Shown here one piece after another: positions 1-12,513 of a stretch of 64,000 nucleotides of DNA. How positions within the stretch are numbered: the stretch's first letter is position 1; each line of letters opens with the position of its first letter. The translations under genes and the position numbers were made by a program. Location: contig ML996706.1 in the NCBI GenBank assembly GCA_010356995.1, forward strand, positions 124,001 to 188,000, in the 5' to 3' direction. Source of the DNA: Trichodelitschia bisporula (taxonomy: Eukaryota). Below the pieces are notes generated by a model, which saw only the letters and a list, made by a program, of their open reading frames with translations, searched no databases and was not told the origin of the DNA.

Positions 1-1697
1 TTTTTGCCATAGTGCTTGCTCCTACCCGCGAACTGAGCAAGCAGATAGCTGTGGTCCTTGACAATCTTCTTCGCGCTGCGCACTGGCTCGTCGGCGGTAC
101 CGTCATTGGTGGCGAGAAGAAGAAATCCGAAAAGGCCCGTCTGCGGAAGGGCCTCAACATCCTGGTTGCGACTCCTGGTCGTCTGGCAGATCACCTTGAG
201 CACACCGAAGCCCTCAATGTGAGCAACGTACGATGGCTTGTGCTCGACGAAGGTGATCGGCTGGTGGAGCTCGGGTTCGAGGCAGACATCAAGAAGATTG
301 TCAGCAAGCTGGATTTCCAAATGAAGAAGAGCTCTGCAAACCCAATTAAAGGCCTTCCGGAGAAGCGCGTCAACATTCTGTGTTCAGCAACCATGAAAAT
401 GGACGTGCAGCGACTGGGCGAGATCAGCTTAAAGGATGCTGTGCATATCCACGCCTCAACCACTGACCCTACGGAGAACGTGAATGCTACGACAGACGAC
501 ACCAAGTTCCTGGCCCCTGCACAGCTCAAGCAAAGTTATGCTATCGTACCGGCTAAACTACGTCTTGTCTCGCTAGCGGCTTTCCTCAAGCGCTCCTTCG
601 CGCGCCACGGATCTGTGATGAAGGCTATAGTCTTCATCTCGTGCGCGGACTCAGTGGACTTCCATTACGAAGTCTTCACCCGCAAAGAGGAATCCGAAGA
701 CACCGAGCAGAAAGAATCAACAGAAAAGCCAAAAACTCCAGTAACTCCAGTAACGGCTACTCCGAAATCCCAGAAGATGTCAAAGTTTCAAGGCAAAGCC
801 GAGCGAAAGCCCCCCGCGCCCCCCACCGAAGTCACCACCTCCGCCATCTCTCCCACCGTCTCCAGCCCCACAAACACAGTAACCTGCTACCGGCTCCACG
901 GCTCCTTTCCCCAAGCCACCCGCACCAAAACCCTCCAAGCCTTCACAAAGGACACTTCCCCCTCCTTCCTCCTCTGCACCGACGTCGCCTCCCGCGGCCT
1001 CGACCTCCCAGACATCGACGTGGTAATCGAATACGACCCGCCCTTCAGCAAAGACGAACACCTGCATCGCATCGGGCGTACCGCACGTGCGGGGCGCAAT
1101 GGCCGGGCTATGATTTTCCTCCTCCCGGGACCGGAGGAGGGTTATATCCAGGTGCTCGATAAGCTGCGGTCGGAAGGCGCGGCGGGCCTGGCGCGCCACA
1201 CGGCTGACGAGTTGTTGAAGAAGGGCTTGCCGATGCCCACGGCGCCGGATGGGAAGAACGTCGAGGACCGCGCGACGGAGTGGCAGCTGGGCATCGAACG
1301 CTGGGTGCTCGAGCACCCAGGTATGCTCGAGGCCGCGCGGCGCGGGTACCAGAGCCACATCCGCGCGTATGCGACGCATGTCGCGGCGGAGCGGTATATG
1401 TTCAATATCAAGGAGCTACACTTGGGGCATTTAGCGAAAGCCTTCGGGCTGCGTGATAAGCCTGGCAGCATCAACGTGCCGGGACTGCGGCAGAGCGCGG
1501 GTAAGGTTAAGACAGAGAGGGTGCGGGCGGGTGTTGAGGGTGGGAAGCGGAAGAGGGTTGATGGGGCGGGGAGGCAGGCGAGGGATAAGGCGGATTTGGA
1601 TTTGCCGGGGGCGGTGAGCGCGGATGATGCGGCGAGGAGGATGAGGATGAAGGTTAAGAAGATGATGGGGGGGGCGTCGGAGTTCAATATTGCGTGA
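1..1697 (+). CDS. DBP7: ATP-dependent DEAD-box RNA helicase Dbp7 (5' end outside window)
   Basis: Motifs LAPTREL, ATPGRL, DEGD (DEAD variant typical of Dbp7), SAT, TDVASRGLD, HRIGRTAR; Dbp7-like GGEKKKSEKARLRKGLNIL and LHLGHLAKAFGLR. Confidence 0.93.
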   Translation, partial: FAIVLAPTRELSKQIAVVLDNLLRAAHWLVGGTVIGGEKKKSEKARLRKGLNILVATPGRLADHLEHTEALNVSNVRWLVLDEGDRLVELGFEADIKKIVSKLDFQMKKSSANPIKGLPEKRVNILCSATMKMDVQRLGEISLKDAVHIHASTTDPTENVNATTDDTKFLAPAQLKQSYAIVPAKLRLVSLAAFLKRSFARHGSVMKAIVFISCADSVDFHYEVFTRKEESEDTEQKESTEKPKTPVTPVTATPKSQKMSKFQGKAERKPPAPPTEVTTSAISPTVSSPTNTVTCYRLHGSFPQATRTKTLQAFTKDTSPSFLLCTDVASRGLDLPDIDVVIEYDPPFSKDEHLHRIGRTARAGRNGRAMIFLLPGPEEGYIQVLDKLRSEGAAGLARHTADELLKKGLPMPTAPDGKNVEDRATEWQLGIERWVLEHPGMLEAARRGYQSHIRAYATHVAAERYMFNIKELHLGHLAKAFGLRDKPGSINVPGLRQSAGKVKTERVRAGVEGGKRKRVDGAGRQARDKADLDLPGAVSADDAARRMRMKVKKMMGGASEFNIA

Positions 1698-1715
1698 TTG
1701 GGAGAGGGGTTGGAT

Positions 1716-2993
1716 TCAGTATATATCCCATAAGGAGACCTTTCCGTCCTTGGAGCCTGCTGCTAGCCAGTGCGTGCGCCGCATCTTGTCCTCCCGCCGC
1801 TTGCTCGTCGTCTCTAGACGAGATGCCGCCATTCCCAGCTCCTCACTTCGCGGGGCGAGCAGCTCCCCATTCCGACCCTCCCCCTCCTCCCGCGGGCCCA
1901 CGTCTGCAATTCCTATACCCGAATCCTCCCTCTCATCCTCCTCCTCCAATATATCCGCAAAAGCAAGCGCATAACACCCCTCCTTATGCCACTTCAACAC
2001 TGCCAGCTCCCCCAGCGTCTTCGCCGAATAAACCCTCGCCTTCCCATCCCACCCCGCAGTCGCCACAACCCGCCCATCACTCCGCACCGCCAACCCCTGT
2101 TGCCCCGCATGTCCCGTCCTCACCACCTTCCGCGGTTCGCTCTCCTCCCCACCCAGCGTCAGCGGAAGCGGGTGCGCCGCAATCACACTATCCGCAGCAG
2201 AGGTATACCACCTCCCCAACCCCCGTGCAACATCAATACTCAGCACAGGCTGCGAATGCGGCGTCGCCGCATACACCGTCGCCCAAGACCGCATCTTGGA
2301 ATCCAGGCGCTGCACAGCCGTGAGTCCGGACTCATGGCCGGTGAGCAAGTGGAGCGTACCGCCAGTGCGGAGGAGCCGCAGCGCCATGAGCATGCCCGTC
2401 TGGCCGGAGCGCGCGGGCGGGACGCGGTGTTTTGCGTCTTCGGAGGGGAGGGCGTATATGAGGGCTTCGCCGTCTTTGGTGCCTGGTACGGCGATAAGGG
2501 CTGGTGGCGGGCCCGAGGAGTCTGAGGAGCGGGTGGAGTTGGCGCAGAGTGAGAAGGCGCAGAAGTTGAGCGCGTTTACGGGGAGGGAGTGCAGGAGCCA
2601 GGGCTGCTTCCGGTGGTCGACGTCTTCAACGGGGAGTGCGGTGGAGAAGGTGTCTTCGTCTTCTGGTTTGAGTTGCCAGATGCGCAGGGCGCCGTCGCGG
2701 CCGTGGCTGTGTGGTGTGAGCTTGGTACGGAAAAAGGCGTGGATGGGGGGTTACCTTATGATGCAGTCTGTACCCCATGTCTCTAGGCCGAGGATGGCGG
2801 AGGCATGCGCTCGCCAGACTGCGGAGGGGCGCATTGTGTTGAGTTTCCAGATTACGAGCCAGCCGTCCGCATCCCCGGATATGAGGCGTGAGTTGTGGCG
2901 TATGAAGCGGAGAGCGTGGATTTGAGAGATGTGGCCTCGGAGAATGTAGGAAGGGCGTGCGGGAGGACGCTGCGACTTTTGGATGGAAGTCAT
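1716..2993 (-). CDS. ASA1: ASTRA-associated WD40 protein Asa1
   Basis: Exon 1 PSYILRGH...LISGDADGW; intron 2754-2707 joins to SHGRDG; C-terminal [12 protein letters not shown]...[13 protein letters not shown]...[17 protein letters not shown]. Confidence 0.88.
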
Positions 2994-3803
2994 TGTGGGT
3001 AGTTGTGACGGAGACGTGGTGAAGTGGTGAGAGATGAGGTGAGGTTATAGAAGTTGAGCTCGATGGTAGCGAGATGGATGTGGAGACTGAAATATAGACA
3101 GCTCCAGTGTGGTATCTCATCTCGTTATACTTGAAGATGTATAAAATTCTGCTTTAATGACTAAAAGATCGAAATACGCATGGCTACATTGTACTGCGGT
3201 TTACAATGCTTGGAGGTTGTGGTAGAATATCACGAGCATCCCGGCCTCATGCCCAGACCCATGCTTCGAGCATAAACTTTGCACAGTGGGAAACTTCCTC
3301 TTTATCAATCACGATATAAAATGCCAGTCATTTCTTACCTTGCCCACTTGCGAACCGTTATCTGTTGGACTGTAGAGACTATTGAGCCGGCTCATAGCGG
3401 ACAACCAAGCGCACATTGCTCCATTTCGTTTGATCCCGCCTTCGAACGCATCGCCTGCCCGGCAAGCCCTTAAGAAGGGAGTCAACAGGGCCAAAGCAGA
3501 GAATAAACGCACCCACTTGCATTGCTGCATACTCGACAAACAAGCCCCCGAACAAATTGTCTATGACAGACTGCTCGTAAGCAGAGGAAGCCTCGACGAA
3601 CCCAGAAGAAGACACCCTCGTTTTGTCGTTCCTTGTCCCATCCTGCTCTGCCAAAAGCGACCGTGTTGACTCCAACCAGTCATCGCTGCGCGTACTTTAC
3701 ATATTGTGACCATCGGTTCGCACACATCGTGTAGCGCATCATTCTCACAATAAGACTCCAGTTGCCCCTAGACGTGTCCTTGTCTGAGCCGTATGCTGCG
3801 AGC

Positions 3804-4522
3804 CTAAACTTGCTCAGAGCCCCAGCTGGCATCTGCGTCCCTCATGTTCATCGGCGGCTCGATGGACGGGATGTACTCGAGGACAGAATAGCCGATGCCG
3901 ACAAGCGTGATGAGGCCGCCGGCCAAGTACTTCCACCAGTTGTCGCCAAAGATGACGCATCCGATGAAGATGTAGACTGTAGCTGTTAGCTGTCCGCAGT
4001 TGACCACGAGGGCTAGACTCACAGAGTCCACGCCCCAAGAAAGAAAACATGAACGAGGCATAGCGGGACACCTGCGCCGGTATTTGTATCTCTGTAGCCG
4101 CGTTAGTATAAGGTATGCGGATGCTCCGTCGAGGGAGTATCGAGGGTCAGTTTACCAAGCAAAATAGTGCCTGCGCACCGTTAGCTAGGCCTGTATTTCA
4201 TCCTAGGGTGACTTACTACAACCAAAGAGTATCACATAGATACCGACAATCACATTCTGTCTAAACCCGTGTAAGCCTAAGCTTCGCGCCTCAACTGCTC
4301 CCTTCTGCCAAACAGCGCGGCGCGCACCCAGACGTCATCGAGAGCGGAAAGCTTACATTCCAAAGTGCGGAAAGAACTGGCCAATTCCACCAGCCACCAT
4401 GAAGGCGCCGACGGCAAAGTTTACGAATCGACTGTACTCCCATTAGCTTCGCTGCAGCCTGGCCACGCGCGCACGCGCCCGCGCGCGTACTCGTCCACAT
4501 ACAAGATCTCGGACAAGTCCAT
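3804..4522 (-). CDS. TVP15: Golgi apparatus membrane protein Tvp15 (COPI-associated family), 6 exons
   Basis: ATG at 4522 (MDLSEIF); five GT-AG introns join to ...SRYASFMFSFLGRGL-YIFIGCVIF...LEYIPSIEPPMNMRDADASWGSEQV; includes a 15-nt exon at 4156-4170. Confidence 0.8.
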
Positions 4523-5074
4523 TCTGGCGGTGATGTCCTAGGGAGTTTGCGGTTGAGTCGGGTCACTGAGGGAGACGGAGAGGTGAGGTGAAATCGGCGG
4601 GGTGTGGAAGTTGGCTGACGGATCGTGGCCTCAAGGTTTCGCGGTGATGCGTGGTATGGGTTTGGTGGTGCTGCGCGGATGCTGTCGCTCAATGGTTAGC
4701 TGGCCTGGGGGGGAGAGCTTGGGCCTTGGTTGGACCGTGCGAGCTGGGGGGGAGGCCAATGGCTTGTGAGTGGACTTGGTGGTGCCTGCAGGGCGAGGAC
4801 AACGTCATTGACGGTTGGTCACGATACAGAGCGGTATTGATGAATGGCTTTCAGGATATGCGGTTCTGCGAATAGCTTCGCATACATAAAACACTGGGAC
4901 TTTAACTACTATCAGTTGAGAAAAGTGCCACTGCCAAAGGAGCAGAGCTCAGTCGACACGGACTTTCGTCACTCATACCACAGCAAGGCTGTATCGTCAA
5001 CCCCACATGTAGCCAAAGAGACATTATTCCATTTAGGCAACACTCCGACCTAGCTGGATGCCAGAGTAAGAATG

Positions 5075-6464
5075 CTAGAGCTTGGCCTTTGGCCCTGCGA
5101 TCTCGTCGACTAGCTTCGCCGCAGCATTTGCAGATCCGTAAGAAGACTGATAGCCGTAGCCTCCATGCCCGTAGTTGTGAACCACCCAGACGCCATTTAT
5201 CTTCTCCTTCTCCACCCGTGGGCCTCCTGTACGCATCGGCCGCAGTCCAACACCATGCCGAATGACAGAAAGCGCCTCGATACCCCTCCCACCAGTTAGA
5301 GCGGGAACAAGCTCGACGCACCGCTTCATAATCCGGATGGCAAGGTTGGGATCAGGCTGCGACTCCCAGCTGTCCTTTTGAAGGCAACCGCCCAGCACGC
5401 ACCCACCGCCTGAGAGCGTTAGTATACCGAGCATACCACTTCCGCAGAACGAACCTCCAGCGCGGTGCATGATGTACGTCGCTTCATCCGACCCATCGTC
5501 AGTTCCAGATACGGACGTCATGACCCCCGGGTCATTGCGGACTACTACAATCTGGCCCCGCGCGGGGTAGACAGCCTTGTCCTCGACGCCGCCGAGCTTG
5601 AGCGCCCCCAGGCCGGTGCAGTTGATGACAATATCGGCGGGTTGGCCGCTGTGGTGAAACCCTGCTGCCTGCGCGACGTCTGTAAGGATGCCGCGCTTGA
5701 TAATAACGCCGTTTTTCAGGCACTGCCCAGCGAGCCACGGGAGATAGATGGCGGTATTAATGCATACTGAGCGGAATGCGGTACCGGAGTCGTAGCCCGG
5801 CTTGACTTCATCTTTGGAGAGCACTCTGAACTGGTGTCGTGAGAATAGATCCTGCCAAAATTCGGCCAAACGCACGTTGGGAACCACGTCCTTGTACCAC
5901 GGATCCGTCCTCATCAGCTCGGCGAACCATTCGCCCGTGGCTGTGGTGGCATCCTTTTTGCGGTTATACAGGACGTTTTCTGCAGCCTGTTAAGCGGCCT
6001 AGGCAAAGAAATGCAACTTGATGCAGGTGAGCATCAAAGTACCGTACCTTGAAAGTGCACTCCTGCCTCCAAGACGCCTGTGGCCAACCGGGACAGCTCG
6101 GGCCAGGTGTCACGCTCAAAGGTCGCGAGGTTGGAGCCTGGCTTGCCCACACTGCAGCGGCGAAACGCACATGATTGTAAGCAACTCCTGTGCCTCAAAC
6201 ACGCGACATTGACAGGCCACCTACGGCATATAATTGGCACCAGCCCACGGTGACGCGTATTCGATGTCGTAGTCGCCTGGCATGTGTTTGGCAACGACAG
6301 TGACTTTGTAGTTCGGCCGGTGAGAAAGCTGCAGGGCGGTTGTGAGGCCTAGTACGCCCGCTCTATGAGCGACAACCACCACGACAACGTTCAGCAGCCT
6401 GCCGTAAGTGTGCGCATAGACAGATAATTACGTACCCGAGCACCGTGACCTTGATTTCAGACAT
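5075..6464 (-). CDS. DAO1: D-amino-acid oxidase, peroxisomal
   Basis: Spliced N-terminus VTVLGAGVLGLTTA (FAD-binding GxGxxG), YASPWAGAN, INCTGLGA, PARGQ, VGLRP, HNYGHGGYGYQSSYG; C-terminal -AKL (PTS1). Five introns. Confidence 0.92.
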
Positions 6465-6757
6465 ATCGGAATGATTAGATCCCAAAATCAAGAATGACCC
6501 AAGGGTTGAACTAATAGCCAATTGTCTTGTGGGAATTGAAAAAAAGTCGAGTCAAGTGGGACAACGGAAGCTTAAGAAGCGGGGAGCCGATTAACCAGGC
6601 TTCATCAAGAACGTGAGGGGGAGCTGCAGGCTACGGTACGGTACTTGTAGTAATCTGTGCATGTCCAGATCCTATCTGTTCCCTTACCGGTGCACATCAT
6701 ATTCTCTCGGTCACACGCCGATCCGAGAAAACCCCAAGATAGCGGCGAATGTGGGGC

Positions 6758-6807
6758 GCGAGCTTGGTGGGCTGCGAGCTTGGTGGGCTGCGAGCTTGGT
6801 GGGCTGC
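6758..6807. repeat. Tandem repeat, 16-bp unit GCGAGCTTGGTGGGCT x3
   Basis: Three exact copies read directly, in the divergent intergenic region between DAO and the OTU gene. Confidence 0.95.
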
Positions 6808-7844
6808 ATATGTAGGTTGATGACATGATACAGGGAGCAAGGGAAGAAGGGGAGGTGTGCAGGTGTGGCCAACGTGGAAGTGCAGCAGCGACAAGTTGAC
6901 AGCAAAGTTGACAACAAGCGAGCAGCTTGTCAAAAGTGATGGATGACGAGGTGACAACAACAAAACAATGGCGCGCGCCTCACTGTAAAAAGGTCACATC
7001 CCCACCCACATCTGACCGGGCAGGACCTACAATGAGACAGTACGAATTTTAGTATTTATCAACTGAAGTGCTGCTCTTCTTCCTCTTCTTATTCTTATTC
7101 TTTTCTTTCATCAGCAGTAAACTAAAACGCCAGTTGACCACTGTGGACAGCTGTTGTTCCTCCGGCTCCGGAAAAACCGTGTCCCTAAAAAGCCCGCTCA
7201 GACCTTACGCCTCAACTTTCTCTCCTACTCCGCCGGTGTCTTCCCGACCTTCCGACCTCTTCCCACGTCGGACTACATCCCCCACCCACACCCCTCCTTT
7301 CCTCTCTCCTCTTTTCCTCCTCCCTCCCATCAGCATCACCGCTTCCTCCTGATCCTTCCGACGCTGCTACGTAGACGTCTTGGAGTTCTTGGAGCGTGCT
7401 TGTCTCTCTTGGTCTCGCTCCCCTCGCTCATTCTTCTTGGAAAGTGCAAAAGAAAAGTCGAGCCGCAGACTAACGCTGTCCTAATTTCTGCCCCATTGCT
7501 CCTTCCCACTTGAAAAAAGTCGAGCGGAAAAGCAAACAGTGCAGTGAAGGCGGCTGGCAGAAACATAAGTACCTACAGTGGAGCCTGCCTTCTTCTTCTT
7601 GGCCATCGTGTGTATCTGCCACTCCCTCCGCACAGGCACGTTCATTCAATGGACCCCGGCCCCATTGATGGGTACCTTGGCCGACAATAGCAACGGTTGC
7701 AACACCACACACAATTCTCGGCACGGGTCCTTGCTAAATATATGTATTTTCCATGACGCTCCCATGGCTTCCCCTTCCACGTCCTCCATCCGTCCACACA
7801 TAGACGAACTATCACCTGTACAAACACCACAAACACACCTCACC

Positions 7845-9254
7845 ATGCCGCGTCGCTCATCTCGCTCCATGGACGAATTTCCCAATCTCACTAGTAACCG
7901 GCTCTATCCCGCTGAAATCCGTGGAGATGGTGAGTGGTTTGCTCATGTCGACTCTACGGTTTTCGCTAACAATCTTACCCCAGGTAATTGCCTCTTCAAC
8001 GCTCTGTCTGACCAGATGTTCGGGAATCAGTCCCGCCACGCGGAAATCCGGGCCACCGTGATCGCGTACATGCGGGCCAATGCTGCCTATTTCAAGGCGT
8101 TCGTAATTGTCAAGCCGACGCGCCGCAACCCCAAGCGCAAGAACGCCGGAGTGTTCTCGGTAGCTCCAATCCCCGAGGTCCCCACTGAGGCGGCGATTGA
8201 TGCAGCCTTTGCGGCGCATCTGGCTGACATGGCCAAGGGGGGTACTTGGGGAGACAGCTTGGAGCTGAAAGCGTTTGTTGATGCCTATGGCATAAACGTC
8301 AAGGTCTGGCAATCGACTGGCGAGCTTTCCGTGGAGAGCTGCAAGAAGACAACAAAGTCCGCCCACATCGCCTACCATGTAAGTTGGCTCGGCTTTCAGA
8401 TGATGAGTATCTGACATTGGCAGCATTGGCAGCACTACTCGTCGGTCCGTAACGTGGATGGTCCGCACACTGGCCTCCCGAATGTGGATGCTTCGGCCGT
8501 CGGCAAGGACGGCTCCCCGGAACCCCGCCAGTACCAAATGGTGGTTGTCACCCGCCAAATGGTTGAAAAGGTCCGCATGGCCCTTCCGTTTGGTGTGGAT
8601 TCCCTCTTGGTCAAGAAGATGCTGGAGGAAGCGAAGGGCGATGCTCAGTTGGCCGCAGCCCGCCTTGTAGACCTGGAAGACCGTGGCAGCATCTCAACCC
8701 AATCGAGCGTAGAGCGCGATGTTGACTCCGATGAAGAGGAGGAAATCTGGGGTCCCAACAAGCGGGCCACGCGCAACCGTCTGGCACGCCAGAAGCAGCG
8801 TGCCTCCGCCGACCCAACGCAACACGCTTTCAAGAATGACGCTGCTACAAAGACGACCACGAAGAAAACGGGGCCACGTAACGTGGCCGTTCCAAAGACC
8901 CGGAAGGCTCGCAAGCTCGTCAGAAGGCAGACTATCGACAAGAGCGTGGCTGCTCTCTCCCCATCCCCAGATATTACCGCGGTCTCGGCTCCTGCTCCGG
9001 CGAGTCCGCCACAGGCTGCTGCTCCACCTACCGCAGCCTCGACTCCGATTACTCCGAAGCACTTCACGGCGCCTCTCCTTTCCGACAACACCCCCGGGCA
9101 AGCATTTTCTAGCCCGCTTCCAGTCCGTTCGCGCTGGACCCCTCCGAATGCTCGTGCATCGAGCGCGCCCCGCCCCGTCACCACCTACCGCCAGTTCAGC
9201 ATCCAAGAAGTTGCGGCGATGCTGGCTATACGGGTCCCGGGCGCCAGGACTTAG
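7845..9254 (+). CDS. OTU-domain cysteine protease (putative deubiquitinase) with CUE-like helical segment and disordered tail
   Basis: Introns 7930-7983 and 8379-8423 give IRGDGNCLFNALSDQ...GTWGDSLEL...IAYHHWQHYSSVRN (OTU Cys and His boxes). Confidence 0.82.
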
Positions 9255-9639
9255 AGAGCATTTGCTTTTGTTTTACGAGTGCATGGGATGACGGCGTTTT
9301 ATACCCAACAGAGCGGGACGAAGTGCTCGGACCGCATTGAACTGCATTCTCGGGAGTTTATGTTTGTATGATAGATTATGATAGATCGCGACAATGAAGT
9401 CGTCGCCATGATGAGAACGTTTAGTCTTCGTGTGCAATGTGACATGTGCCCATCTATGATCTAGTTCTATTATCCATGCCGCATCTCCCAGTCTCGAAGA
9501 TTGATTGTCCGCAACTTCCGCCTCATGCCTCGTGTCACGTGAACTCGCGGCAGCGTGTTACCTCGTGTATCAGCTACCCCCGACAAAACACCACGGCAAG
9601 GCGACGGTAGTGCACCACCTCTCGAGCAGTGCCGTCACC

Positions 9640-11566
9640 ATGTCCCAAAGCACACCGCCACCACTTCACCAAGGTCCGACGGCCAAGGAAAAGAAATACG
9701 ACCGTCAGCTGCGGTTATGGGCCGCAAGCGGTCAAGCAGCGCTGGAAGACGCCCACGTCCTGCTCATAAACTCCGGCCCGGGCGTCGTGGGCGTCGAAAC
9801 GCTGAAGAATCTCGTCTTACCAGGTACGCCGATTTCCCGCAGCTCCGCGAGTTCTGGCCGCTGGCTGGTTGCGAGACAGCTAGCTCGGTGCGGGGTAGAC
9901 TTTGCTCACTGTTCTGCAAGGCGTCGGTCACTTTACTATCCTCGACTCGGCTGTCGTCCGCGAGGAGGACTTGGGCGTTAACTTCTTCCTGCAGGAGGAG
10001 AGTGTTGGTGCGGAGCGTGCAGCCGAGACGTGCAAGTACCTGCAGGAGCTGAATCCGGATGTTGAAGGACATAGCATCAGCGAGGTTTGTGTGGAGATGC
10101 CACTTGATGCGCCGCTGATCCGCTTAGCCTGTCGAGGAGTTCATTGCTCGTCCTGATACTCTTACGCCGTACTCGCTGATCATCGTGGTTGCGCCAGTCG
10201 TCCCGGATGTCCTTAGTAAGATTTCAGCCCACGGGACGGCGACACAGACCCCCGTCTTCTATGTCCACAACGTCGGGTTCTACATCCACTTCTCATTACA
10301 GCTTCCACCCGCCTTCACCATCGTGGACATCCACCCCGAGCCCGAGGCCCTCGTGGATCTGCGTCTGTACAAGCCATGGAAGGAGCTGCTCGTCAACGCG
10401 AAGAAGTGGACATGGCGCATGGAGAACATGTCCGACCACCAGCACGGCCATATTCCCTACGTGTTTCTGCTATTGCACTACCTTATGGAGTGGGAACGCA
10501 CCCATGACGGGAAGCCGCCGCGCACGTACAAAGAGAAGACTGAGTTCCGCGAGCTGATCCGCTCGGGTATCCGCACTTCAAACCCTGAGGGCGGGGAGGA
10601 GAACTTTGATGAAGCTATCGGCGCCGTGCTCAAGAGCTTAAATGAGCCAACGCTCAGCTCGACGGTCAAGGAGGTGTTCAACTCGCCCGAGTGCGAGGAT
10701 TTAACCGAAGACGTAAGTCCGTCCCGCCACGTCCTCTCAGTCTGACCCCCCTAGTCTCCCAACTTCTGGCTCATCGCCCACGCGGTCTCCCAATTCCACA
10801 CCAAACACCAGACCCTCCCCCTCCCCGGCGCAATCCCGGACATGAAAGCAGTTTCCGCGGACTACGCGTTCCTGCAAGGCCTATATAAGACCAAAGCCCG
10901 CGAAGAAGCCGACGAAGTTCTGCATTCCGTACGTGCACTCGAGAAGTCCCTCGAGCGGCCTAACCCCATCCTCGCTGCCGAAGTCGATGCCTTCTGTAAG
11001 CAGGCGGCACACATCCGTCTCATCCGCGGTCGCCCGATTCCGGTTATAAGTCCTAATGAGGGTGTGGCGTGGGGCGAGCGTGCGAAGGCGGCTGTGAATG
11101 CGCTGACGGATGAGTCATCACTCATACTGCTCCATATTGCGTTTCTGACCTTTGATGCGTTTTATGCGCAGCGGGCGGCGGAGGGGAAGGCGCGTGTGCC
11201 GGGTGATGGGGCTGATGTTGAAGATGATGAACGGCTATTGACCGGGCTTGCGCAGGATATCGGAACGAATCTGCTGACGCAGGCGGAACGGGAATTGGAT
11301 GAAGAGGATGCAGACAGTGTTAAGACGAGGTTAGGGAATATTTGCGCCGAACTGTGAGTTTTACCCAGGCTCCTGCTAGTGATGCGGACGGATGCTGATG
11401 AAATAGGACGAGGGCCGGTGGGGCGGAACTGCACAACATAGCTGCACTGGGGGGCGGGCTGGTTGCGCAGGAGGTTATCAAGGCGATTACTCGGCAGTAT
11501 GTCCCTATTGACAACACGTGTCTGTTTGATGGGGTGAGGAGCTTGAGTTCTGTCTTACTGTTATAA
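9640..11566 (+). CDS. ULA1: NEDD8-activating enzyme E1 regulatory subunit (Ula1/APP-BP1)
   Basis: [89 protein letters not shown]; four introns. Confidence 0.93.
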
Positions 11567-11686
11567 GTGGACGGATGGTGGGCCAGGACCTCGAGTAGAA
11601 CGCATACGCAAGTGCAGTGTATAAACAATCGCTATCATCCATCCTATCCAGGTCCAAGGGTATCAATACTCCGCCTCGCGCTAGAA

Positions 11687-12513
11687 CTAGTTCTTTTCCC
11701 CGTACAGGTGCTCAATATCCCCGGTCAAGCTTTTGACACTAGACCCACCCTCACAATCCTTCCACTCGCCCCCATCCCGTACACACCTAACCCGCTCATC
11801 CAACCTCACGGTGCAACTCCTTGTCGCTCCAACATCCTTGCTCCTCGTGACACTATCCCTCAGAAGCTTAATGCCAAAAGAGCCATCTTCCCTACTCGCA
11901 CAGTCATTGATCTGGTCGAAGCTCATGCCATGCTCCAGAGCACAGTTTTGTACTAGCGAGTGTGCGGGAATATCGCTATACTTGCGGCTCATGCACAGGG
12001 CGAACCCGAGGTAGATCTTTGGATCGGGATACTCGTACGCCGCACAGAGTTCGAGGATGTTTCCGAGGCACTCGGTCGGGCCGTGCATACATTCCACGCC
12101 GTCATCTGGGTCCGTCGGGCGTCCGATGTAGCTCAGCGTAAAGTTCACCTTGGAGGCAGTTTTTGACATGGCGGGTACGATGAGGTCGCGCAGGCAGTCA
12201 AGGGCGTCGGGGCATTTGGACCTATAGGGAAAGGGGAGTCAGCTTCTAGGACACGGCTTCGGAGAGAAATGGCGAGAACAGACATGATGTGGATTTCGAG
12301 CGGGACTTTTGTCTCTTCGGCTATGGCTCCGTGTCTTTCTCGAGGACCGGCGGGGACGAGCTTCTTCTCTTGTCCCGGGCTTTGTAGGTGTAGGACGGTA
12401 AGGATGATGCCGATGGTAAGCAGAACTATGAGCTTCACACTCCGGGACTGGTAGACGTTTGCGCGGGTTGGTGAGGCCGTGGCCGGCCGGGGGAGAGGGT
12501 AACTCTTCTCCAT
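11687..12513 (-). CDS. GILT (gamma-interferon-inducible lysosomal thiol reductase) family protein with N-terminal membrane anchor
   Basis: Exon 1 has a TM helix and VPLEIHIM; spliced to SKCPDALDC; GILT signature CMHGPTECLGN. Confidence 0.85.
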
